Shown: positions 47,624 to 56,808 of the stretch, one piece after another
How positions within the stretch are numbered: the stretch's first letter is position 1
Layout: the number at the start of each line of letters is the position of its first letter
Source: a virus
Direction: 5' to 3' (one strand)
Virus record (IMG/VR): IMGVR_UViG_3300037264_006630
Span: 96,001-160,000 of that record
Length of the DNA stretch: 64,000 nt
Position numbers and translations under genes: made by a program
The notes under the pieces: generated by a model
The model's input: the letters and a program-made list of their open reading frames with translations, nothing else
Told to the model about the DNA's origin: nothing
Database searches by the model: none

Positions 47624-48121
47624 ATGGGACTCAGCGTCGCTCGCGTCACCTTCAATCTCCGGGTCCAGTGGAACTCGGGGCATCCGCTCTATGCGTTCCG
47701 GCTGTTCGAGTCGGAGAACCTACCGGTGGTCGGCCAGATTGCGGCTGGTCGCATCCCCAAGGTCAGCGACCGCGGACTGGCGGCGATCTACATCGAAGCA
47801 GGGCCGGTGCGGGATGTCGCCTTCAACATCCAGACGATGCCCGGCATCACGGCCCCGACCGGCATCATCTACGGGAACACCCGCCCTCGAGTCGCCGGCA
47901 GTCCCGAGGGCGCCGAGTACGTGATCGCTGCTGACCAGACTCTGCTGGATGAGATCACGCAGACGGCTGCTCCTGCGATGAACCTCGCCCTGGGGCAGCC
48001 AGTCGTCGCCCTCTACCACTATCCGTTCTACTCGGCGGCCAGCCTCACGGTGAACGCGAGCAACGACGATCTGTTCCTGAACGACGTCGAGATCCACGGC
48101 ACCGTCACCCTCGCCTACTGA
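47624..48121 (+). CDS. Paralogue of the C-terminal domain of 46430-47608
   Basis: Shared F.LRVQ.N.G, GQPVV and FL.D.EI.G.V.L.Y motifs. Confidence 0.65.
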   Translation: MGLSVARVTFNLRVQWNSGHPLYAFRLFESENLPVVGQIAAGRIPKVSDRGLAAIYIEAGPVRDVAFNIQTMPGITAPTGIIYGNTRPRVAGSPEGAEYVIAADQTLLDEITQTAAPAMNLALGQPVVALYHYPFYSAASLTVNASNDDLFLNDVEIHGTVTLAY

Positions 48122-48127
48122 GGTCCC

Positions 48128-49378
48128 ATGCCCGCCGCCGTCATCGAGATCAACGCCGTCGCGGTCACGTCTTCGACGTTGCCGCTCAACACGCCTGTGC
48201 AGCTCTCGAACCAGGACATCGGCGGCGAGACCACGTACGCCTGGACCATCCTGAGCCAACCCGACGGCTCGCCGGTCGACGTCCTGTCGAACCCGGCGAT
48301 CGAGAACCCGGTCTTCACCCCGACGCGCGAGGGCAGCTACCTCCTGCGGTTGGTGGTGAACGCGGGCGGCGGGGTGAACGAGAAGATCGGGTACGCGGTG
48401 GTCGGCGTGGTCATGCTGCGGACGCAGCTCCGCATGCCCGCAGGCGGGGAGATCCTCCAGTACAACACCGTGGTCGGCTGGGCGTTCGCGGTGAACAAGT
48501 GGCTGGAGATGCTCGACAAGCTCCGGGGTGACTCCAACGTGGTCATCTGCACGGCGACCGCGGCGATGGGGTTGGGATCGATCGTGCGCTACGCCAGTGC
48601 CACCGACATCATCAAGCCCGGCCTCTACGGGCAGGAGACGGTGATGCGGGCGGCGCTGGCCACGGCGACAACGGTGGCGGCGGTGACGGGCGAGCTCGGC
48701 GTGGTGATCGCGGTGTGCGACGGCACGAGCATCGGCGCCGGCAAGCTCATCCTGGCGCGTCGGTTCGGCATGTCGGAGATCCGGCCGAGCGGCACGCCGA
48801 CTGTCGGCGACTTCGTGCTCATCGACAACCTTGGCGGCCCGAGCCTGCTCTACACCGCCACCGTCCCCCGCATCGTGGGGCGCGTCATCGAGGTGAGCGG
48901 CGGCTTCTACACCTGGGTGATCGAGCCGGGTCACATCCTCGAGCGCCGGCCGACTTCGGCGCTCGAGTTCGAGATCTGGTCTGGCTCATCGTGGACCACG
49001 ATCGGCGGCGGCGCCGGCGCGTCGGGTCCGGCGTTCAACACGACCTCGGGGTCGGCGGCCGGGCTCCACGCGCCGCTCAAGGTCAACCAGGGCGAGGTGC
49101 TCTACGCGGTCACCCTGGACATCGACCAGGACACGGTGAGCACGATCACCGCCCTCCTGTCCCGGGGCAACTACGTCGCGGGCGTCACGCAGTCCGACGC
49201 CATGGTGTCGCCGGCCAGCGCGACCCCGCAGATCTGGAACATCGTTCCGACCGGCGCCCTGGTCCTGCCCGCCGAGCTCACCGCCGACAACGCGTTCTGG
49301 CTGTTCATCTCGACCACCGGCGCCGGCAACAAGATCGTGTCCGGGGCCACCGCCTTCGTGCGGCCCGCCAGCCCCTGA
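48128..49378 (+). CDS. Tail fibre/collar-like protein with PKD-like N-terminus
   Basis: TYAWTILSQPDGS..PVFTP..GSYLLRLVV. Confidence 0.65.
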   Translation: MPAAVIEINAVAVTSSTLPLNTPVQLSNQDIGGETTYAWTILSQPDGSPVDVLSNPAIENPVFTPTREGSYLLRLVVNAGGGVNEKIGYAVVGVVMLRTQLRMPAGGEILQYNTVVGWAFAVNKWLEMLDKLRGDSNVVICTATAAMGLGSIVRYASATDIIKPGLYGQETVMRAALATATTVAAVTGELGVVIAVCDGTSIGAGKLILARRFGMSEIRPSGTPTVGDFVLIDNLGGPSLLYTATVPRIVGRVIEVSGGFYTWVIEPGHILERRPTSALEFEIWSGSSWTTIGGGAGASGPAFNTTSGSAAGLHAPLKVNQGEVLYAVTLDIDQDTVSTITALLSRGNYVAGVTQSDAMVSPASATPQIWNIVPTGALVLPAELTADNAFWLFISTTGAGNKIVSGATAFVRPASP

Positions 49379-49425
49379 TCCTGGGCTTCTGGCGCGGCTT
49401 TCCCGATTCCGGGTAGCTTCGGCGG

Positions 49426-51849
49426 GTGGTAATCCAGATCACCGGCGTGCTCGAGGACGGCGCCCCCGCCGCACAGTGGGTGCCGTTCGACGCGCGCGCG
49501 CCCATCGAGATCCCGTCCGGCATCACGACCACCATCGTCATGCGCCTGGTCACCCGCGCTGGCGTCGCCGTGCGACTGGCCAGCGGCGACCAGTTGCTCC
49601 TGACCGCCCGCGAGTCGACCATCCGGCCGTCGCGGCTCTACTTCACGGCATCCGCCGTGGCGGTCCCCGATCTCGGTCCGGGGATGTACCGGTTCACGAT
49701 CCAGACCGACACCACCAAGTACCTGGGTGGCCTGAACGGCGTCTACGACGTGCGCTTGGTGCGGTCGGGCTACGCCGACTCAGTCATCCCGACCAGCGCC
49801 ATCCGCTTCCCCGGGGTCGCGGCGGCGGCAGTTCCGGCACCGGCGGTGGGCCCGGTCATCCTCGATCTATCGCCGGCCGATCTGGGCCCGTCGGTCCAGT
49901 CGATCCCGACCACGATCGCCGCCGCCAACGCACTCAGCGGCGCCACGTTCACGGAGATCTGGAAGTGCAACGCCACGAGCGGCAACCTCGTCGGCGCGAA
50001 CGGGGCCGTGCTCACGAGTGGGGGGAGCGCCGCCAATCGCTACGCCAAGATGGTGCCAGCGTGGGACGGCACCGACTACACGAGCAGCTACCGCGCGATC
50101 GAATTCGCCGGCACCGACTCGACGGCGCAGAGCTTCGCTGCTTCCAGCGGTGCCGCCTACGGCCTCTCGCAGTCCGTGACGTGGGTGATGGCGGTCCGGC
50201 TTCCTCGAGCGCTCGGTGGTACGCGAGGGATCTTCGGGTGCAAGAGCTCGTCTGACGCGACCGGAGTCGGCTATTGTGCGCAGATGTCGTCGGGCGGCGC
50301 GCCGACGCTGGTGGTCTCCGACGGATCGACGTCGGCGACGGCGCAGACCGTCGGGGTCCTCACCGAGCAAGACGCGCTCGCCAACGGCTCCATCCAGTGG
50401 ATGGCGTTCCAGATGAACCTGACCACTGGCCTCGCCACGGTCATGGCCTATCGGGCCGTCGGCACGCCCGTCGTGATGCCAGCCGGAAGTAAAGTCGCAG
50501 CGACGGCGTGGCGCCTGGGCGGCCAGCCCTACCTCTTCTCTGGCGAGGGTCTCCAGGTGCTGTGGATGGGGGTCCTCCTCGGAACCAACGCCGAAGCCTT
50601 CACGCTCTCGATGTTGAACGCGATGGACAACGTGTGCCGCGCCCCGGCGGCTCTCGCTGGCCACGTCCGCTACTCCTGCCTTGCGCCGATCATCGGTAGC
50701 GACGCCACCGGCGTGCGGGTGCAGATGCTGGCTGGCTCGGCGGTGACGCCGAGCAAGATCGACTTCGCGCACGCCTACGCCGCCGCGGCGACCTCGCCCG
50801 GCAAGATCGGGATCCTCTGCGAGCGAGGCACCACCATCGCCGTCGACAACACGACGACGTTGCAGCGGCGCAACCGGCTGCTCAACAGCGACGACTTCGC
50901 CAACGCGAGTTGGGTGAAGACCAACGTCACGCCCGTTGCTCGAGCTGGCGAGGATCCGGCGGGCTTTCACGGTGCGGCGTCACTCACCGCGTCGGCAGGC
51001 AGCGGCACCGTGACGCAGAACTTCACGGGCACGGCCAGTGAGACGCACACGAACAGCTTCTTCGGGCAGCGCAACCAGGGGACGGACGTCGCAGCTCGAC
51101 TCTCGCTCTACGACGTCACCGGCGCGCCAGTCGAACTGGCCGGCGTCAACATCACGATCGGCGCGCTGCGTGAGCGGTTCGCGATCGAGGTGCCGGCGGC
51201 GACCATCGGCGCCGTGACCGCGCTCCAGTGGCGCCTCACGATCACGACGAGCGGCCACTCCATCTTCGCGTGGGGCGGCCAGGCGCAGATGGGCTGGCTG
51301 GGCAGCTACCAGCCGCAGCGGGCCGCACTGATCAGCGCCGACGACACCGAGTTCTACATCGACAACGCCGCCGGCCAAGCGTTCGATATCGTCGGTGGTC
51401 GCGTCGAGGTGACGTGTACCGGGCACCACGCCACCGTCGACAGCACCGGCTGCTACGTCTTCTCGACGAACACCGGCGCGGCGAATGAGGATCGGTTCGT
51501 CGTCCAGCGGGACGCCCTGCGCTCGACGTATCCGCACGACTCGCAGCACCGCAACGCCGCGGGGACTATCATCGCGCAGATCGCCCGGCCGACCGCGTTC
51601 CACACCGCCGAGATCACCTACGCGCACGAGTGGGACTCGCGCTTGCCGATCATCGGTGAGTCGGTCCGCGCGCTCGACGACGTGGGCGCCGTGCGCTACC
51701 GCAGCGACGCGGCGTCCGTGGTCCATGCAACTACGGCGTGGACGACCGGGTCTGCGGCGGATCGACTGACGCTGGGGATGCGGCATAACAACGTGGCGCA
51801 TCTCGAAGGAATCATCACGGCTGTGCGGACGTACGGGCGGGCGACGTGA
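49426..51849 (+). CDS. Large tail fibre/receptor-binding protein with LamG (ConA-like) domains
   Basis: BppU-like N-terminus (YDVRL); LamG-like beta motifs; NRLLNSDDF..ASW repeat. Confidence 0.7.
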   Translation: MVIQITGVLEDGAPAAQWVPFDARAPIEIPSGITTTIVMRLVTRAGVAVRLASGDQLLLTARESTIRPSRLYFTASAVAVPDLGPGMYRFTIQTDTTKYLGGLNGVYDVRLVRSGYADSVIPTSAIRFPGVAAAAVPAPAVGPVILDLSPADLGPSVQSIPTTIAAANALSGATFTEIWKCNATSGNLVGANGAVLTSGGSAANRYAKMVPAWDGTDYTSSYRAIEFAGTDSTAQSFAASSGAAYGLSQSVTWVMAVRLPRALGGTRGIFGCKSSSDATGVGYCAQMSSGGAPTLVVSDGSTSATAQTVGVLTEQDALANGSIQWMAFQMNLTTGLATVMAYRAVGTPVVMPAGSKVAATAWRLGGQPYLFSGEGLQVLWMGVLLGTNAEAFTLSMLNAMDNVCRAPAALAGHVRYSCLAPIIGSDATGVRVQMLAGSAVTPSKIDFAHAYAAAATSPGKIGILCERGTTIAVDNTTTLQRRNRLLNSDDFANASWVKTNVTPVARAGEDPAGFHGAASLTASAGSGTVTQNFTGTASETHTNSFFGQRNQGTDVAARLSLYDVTGAPVELAGVNITIGALRERFAIEVPAATIGAVTALQWRLTITTSGHSIFAWGGQAQMGWLGSYQPQRAALISADDTEFYIDNAAGQAFDIVGGRVEVTCTGHHATVDSTGCYVFSTNTGAANEDRFVVQRDALRSTYPHDSQHRNAAGTIIAQIARPTAFHTAEITYAHEWDSRLPIIGESVRALDDVGAVRYRSDAASVVHATTAWTTGSAADRLTLGMRHNNVAHLEGIITAVRTYGRAT

Positions 51850-52307
51850 TGCAGCCCACCGCGACCACGGCCTCCACGGGTCAACCGGTCCCGTCGCAGC
51901 ACATCGTCGACAACAACAGCATGGCGGTGACCGGCATGCTCATCGGCGCGATCATCGCGCTGGCGGGCGCCATCGCGGTCCTGTGGCGTCGCAGCGAGCG
52001 CCGTGCCGAGCGCCAACTCAAGGTGGCCGAGGAGACCCGCGAACGCGACGCCAAGGCGGCGGCCGAGGCGCTGGCGCGCGAGGTGGCCCGCACGAACGAA
52101 CTCGCCAGGGAGCTCGCTGCCACCCGCAGGGAGTTCACGTTGGTCCTCGAGAAGCAGCGCGAAGACTTCGGGAAGATGCTGCACGACACCGTGACGCGGC
52201 AAGCCGAGGCCGACCGCACGCGGGACGCCACCATGGCCGACCTGGTCCAGCGTCTCTCGGTCGTCCTGGATGCTGCCCAACGGCGCATGGTACGAGTCAA
52301 GGGATGA
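51849..52307 (+). CDS. Single-TM coiled-coil protein (holin-like)
   Basis: One TM segment then heptad repeats. Confidence 0.55.
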   Translation: MQPTATTASTGQPVPSQHIVDNNSMAVTGMLIGAIIALAGAIAVLWRRSERRAERQLKVAEETRERDAKAAAEALAREVARTNELARELAATRREFTLVLEKQREDFGKMLHDTVTRQAEADRTRDATMADLVQRLSVVLDAAQRRMVRVKG

Positions 52308-52624
52308 TCACCCCCAAGCGACGACTGCCCACGGACCCGCGCGAACGATCCATCGAGCTCGTTCGCCGCTCGGCGTCATCCCCGCAGGTCCCGCCAACCG
52401 GGCTCCCGCCTGACCTCGACGAGATGGTCCGCAAGGGTGAGCGCGAGCGCGCCGTTCTCTACGCTCGCGTGGACGATGTGCTCGACCGCTGCGACCGACT
52501 CGCCGAGTCCATCTCCTCCTCCGGGATCGTGGTCGACCTCATCGACGGCGGCGACGACAACAGCCTGGCCCACTCCATCGAGGGCCTGCACGACGCGCAG
52601 GCCGAGCTCGCCATCCACCACTGA
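52304..52624 (+). CDS. Hypothetical protein
   Basis: ATGA coupling. Confidence 0.55.
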   Translation: MITPKRRLPTDPRERSIELVRRSASSPQVPPTGLPPDLDEMVRKGERERAVLYARVDDVLDRCDRLAESISSSGIVVDLIDGGDDNSLAHSIEGLHDAQAELAIHH

Positions 52625-52638
52625 CCCTCCGAGGCCCC

Positions 52639-53124
52639 GTGAAGTACATCATCCCCTTCCTCTGGGCCGCCGTCTGGCTGTGCCTGCTCGCCTCTTCGGC
52701 CTGTGCGCAGTCCGACGTGGGGACCGACCCCGGATTCCTCGCCGACCTCTACCGCGCGATGGTCCACGGCCAGCTCGGCTGGTGTGCGGGCCTGGCGCTC
52801 ATCGCCATCATCGAGCCGGTCAAGCGACTCCTGCGGACGCGAATCGCCTTCTTCGCAACCAAGGTCGGCGGCACGCTCCTGGCCTTCCTGATGGCGACCG
52901 TCACCGGCTGTGCGCATGCCCTCTCGGCCGGCGCTGCCTGGGACCTTGATCTGGCGAGCGCCATCTTCCTCAACGCGGTGGTCGCCATCGGCGGCTACAC
53001 GGCGATCAAGAAGACCCTGGTGGCGCAGTACCCCTGGCTCGAAAAGATCATCGGGGCCAAGCTCGAGCCTCCGAAGCCAGCGGTCGCGGCCGTCCCGTCC
53101 AACTTCGTTCGGGAGAGCGTCTGA
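52639..53124 (+). CDS. Putative holin (multi-TM)
   Basis: About four hydrophobic helices, basic C-terminus, lysis region. Confidence 0.55.
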   Translation: MKYIIPFLWAAVWLCLLASSACAQSDVGTDPGFLADLYRAMVHGQLGWCAGLALIAIIEPVKRLLRTRIAFFATKVGGTLLAFLMATVTGCAHALSAGAAWDLDLASAIFLNAVVAIGGYTAIKKTLVAQYPWLEKIIGAKLEPPKPAVAAVPSNFVRESV

Positions 53125-53456
53125 TGCCGACCGGAGATCTGCCGACCTGCACCTGCCTCCGGGCGTCCTGGCCGCCCTGGCTCGGGGCGTCGCCGTCCGA
53201 CTGTCCGGTCCACCACCCGCGACACTTCGAGGTCGGCACGGCGCCGCAGGGTCGCCCGGAACCGTTCGTCATCGGCTCGGCCGCTCCGATCTCGACCATG
53301 GGCCCGAGTTGCCTCGCCGTGACCGCGGTGGTCGACCGGATGGAGGCGAGTGCCCGCGGCGGCGCCGTGCCCGAGGTGGCCGCGAGCCTCGAGCAGTGGG
53401 CAGCGGATCTGCGGGTCGCGCTCCGCGAGGGCTTCGGCCCGGGGGACGCATGCTGA
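53124..53456 (+). CDS. Hypothetical protein
   Basis: Coupled ORF. Confidence 0.4.
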   Translation: MPTGDLPTCTCLRASWPPWLGASPSDCPVHHPRHFEVGTAPQGRPEPFVIGSAAPISTMGPSCLAVTAVVDRMEASARGGAVPEVAASLEQWAADLRVALREGFGPGDAC

Positions 53457-53836
53457 CCTGGGTGAGCGCCAAGGTGACCGCCTACCGCAAGCGCGGCTGG
53501 GTCTGGCGTGCCATCGCTGTGGGGCTGGTGGTGCTCACCGTCCTTATCGCCTGGGCGGTCTTGATGTGGAGGCGTCGAGCGCAGGCCGCCCGAGAGCACG
53601 AGTTGTTCGTGGCGCAGGTTGACGCGCGCGAGGCCGCCGAGCTGGCCCGCACGAACGCGGACGACGCACAGGTGGATGTGCTCAAGGAACGCGCCGCGGC
53701 GGCGGCGCGGCGCGAGGATCTGGCCGCTGCGGAAGCCGCGAGCGCACAACTGCGGCATGCAGAGGATCTCATTTCGATCGATCGTATTCGCTCTTGGTCT
53801 GATGTGCCTGACGGCCCACGCCGACCCGGTCTCTGA
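53450..53836 (+). CDS. i-spanin-like protein
   Basis: Basic N-terminus, one TM segment, helical periplasmic domain. Confidence 0.5.
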   Translation: MLTWVSAKVTAYRKRGWVWRAIAVGLVVLTVLIAWAVLMWRRRAQAAREHELFVAQVDAREAAELARTNADDAQVDVLKERAAAAARREDLAAAEAASAQLRHAEDLISIDRIRSWSDVPDGPRRPGL

Positions 53837-54248
53837 CCCGCCGCGGGAGTACGTCCCGGTCAACCTGCCGCAGTGCGAGAAGTACACGATCCCGGGCGTC
53901 GGGACCGTCTGCGGCTACTTCGACGTGGGGTCCTGGAAGGCCGTCTTGCGGGCCGATGCCGCGCTCACGCTGGCGCGCGCACAGGTTGACGCCACGGCCC
54001 GCCAGGCGGCGGCGGCGCACGAGGAGGCGGTAGCGCTCCGCGACGCCCTGGCGCTACGCGAGGCGGCCCTGGACGCGAGCCAGCGCAGCTTGGTGCTCGA
54101 GCGGGCGAACCTCAAGGAGCGAGACTTGATGTACCGCCGAGAGCTTCACCGACCGCGGTGGGGCACCAAGTTGTCCTGGGGCCTCGCGCTGACCGCGACC
54201 GCAGCGGCAGTCGTGCTGGGCGCCGTGGTCTACGTGGACCACCGCTGA
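53757..54248 (+). CDS. Spanin-like exported coiled-coil protein with C-terminal TM
   Basis: Signal peptide, coiled coil, C-terminal hydrophobic segment; overlaps the upstream gene by 80 nt. Confidence 0.5.
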   Translation: MQRISFRSIVFALGLMCLTAHADPVSDPPREYVPVNLPQCEKYTIPGVGTVCGYFDVGSWKAVLRADAALTLARAQVDATARQAAAAHEEAVALRDALALREAALDASQRSLVLERANLKERDLMYRRELHRPRWGTKLSWGLALTATAAAVVLGAVVYVDHR

Positions 54249-54583
54249 TCGGTTGACCTCGGCCGCGAGCAGTGGCATGGTGCCCTCTCCCTGGGTCGCT
54301 ACCAGAAGGGGTCGGCAGAGGCGGGGGTTGCAGCCCGTCCCGCGGCCCTGGGACAATGGCCCGAGGGGCGCGACCTCAGAGCCCGTCGATGTCGGAGTAG
54401 CTACCCGACCGCTCGACGGGTTCGGCACGTCCGGAGTCTTGCCCGTTGGCATCGGCGCCTGATAGGTTGTCGGCATCACACCGCTCGGGCCTCTGCGCAA
54501 GCAAGCTCTACTTCGGGCGGTCTTATGGATGCGGGGGGAGGGAGGGACGTTGCGGCGCACGAGCACCGCGGCGACCCTGGGGT

Positions 54584-55276
54584 ATGCAGACCGATGACAA
54601 GTTGCGCGAGGCTGGCGCTGCGGCGCTGGCCAAGGCGATCGCGCTGTTCAACCTCGACGTGTGGGACCCTCCGATCCGCGACAAAAGGCCGGTCGCCGAG
54701 CGCTGGCGCGACGTCATCACCGACTGCATCGGCGGCGACGGCAAGGGCAACGGGCTCGCGTGGGGGTGGGAGGGTCGCTACGCCGGTGACGGTGACTACG
54801 AGTGGTGCGGCGCGCTCGCCGCGCGGTGCTGGCAGGAGGGCGGGCTCGTGAAGCAGGCGCGCACCGACTCGTGGTCGAGTTGCTACCGGCTCCAGCGGTG
54901 GGCGAGCTACCGCGCCGCGAGCGAGCGGGTACTCAACGCCAAGCCGAGCGTCGGCCCGTACCGGCTGTGCGTCGCGCTCGATGAGCATTCGACGCGGATC
55001 CCCGATGGCGTCGAGGTGCGCCCCGGTGACATCCTCATCGTGGGTGGCGTCGGCACCGGGCCCGGCAAGCACATCACGGTCATCGAGCGCTTCGATGAAG
55101 TTCGCCGCGTCTTCCTCACTCGCGAGGGCAACGGCGGTGGCATCGGCCCCGACGGCAAGCGTCGGCAGGGCATCGTGCGCGGCGAGCGCCCCCTGGGTCT
55201 GCCGAGGGGCGCGGCGGAGCCCACGTACCATGCCCGCTGGCTCGTGCGCCCCGCGCCGAGCGACTTGACGCCGTGA
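54584..55276 (+). CDS. CHAP/NlpC-P60-like peptidoglycan hydrolase (endolysin candidate)
   Basis: YEWCGAL catalytic Cys, PGDILIV, GKHITV His, TREGN. Confidence 0.75.
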   Translation: MQTDDKLREAGAAALAKAIALFNLDVWDPPIRDKRPVAERWRDVITDCIGGDGKGNGLAWGWEGRYAGDGDYEWCGALAARCWQEGGLVKQARTDSWSSCYRLQRWASYRAASERVLNAKPSVGPYRLCVALDEHSTRIPDGVEVRPGDILIVGGVGTGPGKHITVIERFDEVRRVFLTREGNGGGIGPDGKRRQGIVRGERPLGLPRGAAEPTYHARWLVRPAPSDLTP

Positions 55277-55277
55277 C

Positions 55278-55607
55278 CTACCGCGGGTGCTCGCTGCGGG
55301 ACCGGCCGCAGTAGCCGCCACCGGGCGTGGCCAGCGAACAGCCGACGTAGGCACGGTCGCCGCTGGCGTAGCGGTTCTCGCCGGCCGAGAGGTAGCTGTG
55401 GTCGGCCAACGGCGGCGGGACCGGGATGGACGGGGCGGCCGTTGGAGCGATGGCCTGGAGGGCGATGCCCTGCATGTCGATCACCTCCTCACCGCCCTCG
55501 CGATGGAAGGCGTGCTGGTACCCGGCGGCCTCGAGCGCCGCTCGGACCTCGGCGTAGGCGGCCGGGCTGACCGGGAGGATGGCGTAGGTGCGGGTCATGC
55601 GGATCAT
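55278..55607 (-). CDS. Hypothetical protein
   Basis: AAGGAG SD; converges on the endolysin gene. Confidence 0.6.
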   Translation of the reverse strand: MIRMTRTYAILPVSPAAYAEVRAALEAAGYQHAFHREGGEEVIDMQGIALQAIAPTAAPSIPVPPPLADHSYLSAGENRYASGDRAYVGCSLATPGGGYCGRSRSEHPR

Positions 55608-56125
55608 CGTCGGCTCCTTCGCGTGTCGATCATGGTGATGTGGCCCTTGCAGATGGCGTAGAGCGCCCGGTCGATGGCGTATTGAGTGCGAGCCTCGGCC
55701 AACTCGCGGGTGACGGGCAGACCGAGCCAGGCGACGAGGTAGCGGACCTCCTGGCGCCAGCGCCGGCAGTGGCCGATGCGGGATGGCGTCGCTGCGTGGG
55801 CGAGCTCGTGGAGCAGGCTGGCCATCGCATCCCACGGCTCGCTCGCGGGGCCGGCCTGACCGGCGAAGATCTGGATGCACCCGACATCGGCGCGCCGGCC
55901 GTCGCTCATCTCGTTCCAGTGGATGCGGCCGAGCTCCGCGAAGGCGCCCTCTGGATCCGGGAAGGCGATGTGCAAGATCGTCCGCTCGGCGCGTCCATGT
56001 AGCCGAGGCCAGTTGCGAGCCACCCGCCACAGGGCCCGGATGTTCATCCCCCAGACCGTCCGCTGGGTGCGGATGGTCATGCGGTCGAGCGCCGCCGCCA
56101 CGTCCATGGTCGCCGCGGCGCTCAC
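55604..56125 (-). CDS. SprT-like zinc metallopeptidase
   Basis: LLHELAH...GH..RW. Confidence 0.65.
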   Translation of the reverse strand: MSAAATMDVAAALDRMTIRTQRTVWGMNIRALWRVARNWPRLHGRAERTILHIAFPDPEGAFAELGRIHWNEMSDGRRADVGCIQIFAGQAGPASEPWDAMASLLHELAHAATPSRIGHCRRWRQEVRYLVAWLGLPVTRELAEARTQYAIDRALYAICKGHITMIDTRRSRR

Positions 56126-56808
56126 TCGTGGCCCGCGGCGACGCGCTCGGCGCGGATGGGGCAGCCGCGCTTGCGGCAGGCGTCCGCGTCGTCGTGGGCC
56201 ATCGCTCCGCACTTCGCGCGCTCGCACCAGACGTACCCGCCGTCCTCCGACGACGCGAGGTAGTCGTGGCCCCTGGGTACGTCCAGCCGGGCGTCGCCGG
56301 GGTCGATGAACGAGAACAGGTTGATCACCTGCGCTGCCTGCCGCGGCGTCAGGGGCTTCTCGTCGAAGGAGACGCCCTCGCTCTCGCGCCCGCGCATCAC
56401 CTCGTACATGTGCTCCATGCGGTCGCGGTAGTAGCTCTCGGTCCAGCGCTCGGGCGGGACGCGGATCTGCGTGAGGCCGTGCCAGAAGGTCTTGGCGTCC
56501 CGAACCTTCATCCGCTCGGCGGCGCCGGTCGGCTTCTTCTTCTGCCACTCGATGAGGGCATTGTAGAACCAGATGACCCACTGGTTGTGGCGTTGCGCGA
56601 GCTCGCAGAAGACCTTGTCGCTCACCCCGTCGCGCGGGACCGCCGTGTGGCCCCAATGCGGCGTGTCCTGCGTGCGCCAGGTCCGCTCGTACCCCAGGGA
56701 AGCCTCGACGAGCCGGACGTGGTCCTGGCAGCTCTTGACCGTGCCGGCCGGGACGGTCATGGCGCGGGCGATACCGGTCGAGAAATCGAAGAAGACGTGG
56801 TAGCTCAC
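56122..56808 (-). CDS. Hypothetical protein with C-terminal Cys cluster
   Basis: WCERAKCG..CRKRGCP; coupled. Confidence 0.7.
   Translation of the reverse strand: MSYHVFFDFSTGIARAMTVPAGTVKSCQDHVRLVEASLGYERTWRTQDTPHWGHTAVPRDGVSDKVFCELAQRHNQWVIWFYNALIEWQKKKPTGAAERMKVRDAKTFWHGLTQIRVPPERWTESYYRDRMEHMYEVMRGRESEGVSFDEKPLTPRQAAQVINLFSFIDPGDARLDVPRGHDYLASSEDGGYVWCERAKCGAMAHDDADACRKRGCPIRAERVAAGHE

Noticed and set aside
27000-53000. Long minus-strand ORFs opposite virion genes (e.g. 28979-30841, 33684-35285, 40247-42592)
   Set aside because: Shadow ORFs from high GC and codon bias; Arg/Gly/Ala-rich nonsense translations opposite clearly recognisable genes
54250-54540. HDV-like or hammerhead ribozyme
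   Set aside because: Only superficial word matches (GGCATGGT, CTGATAG); I could not build the required pseudoknot or catalytic core
54550-54583. Late-type promoter before the endolysin (TTGCGG-N17-GACCCT)
   Set aside because: Spacing and both hexamers deviate from L1-L4; not supportable without TSS data
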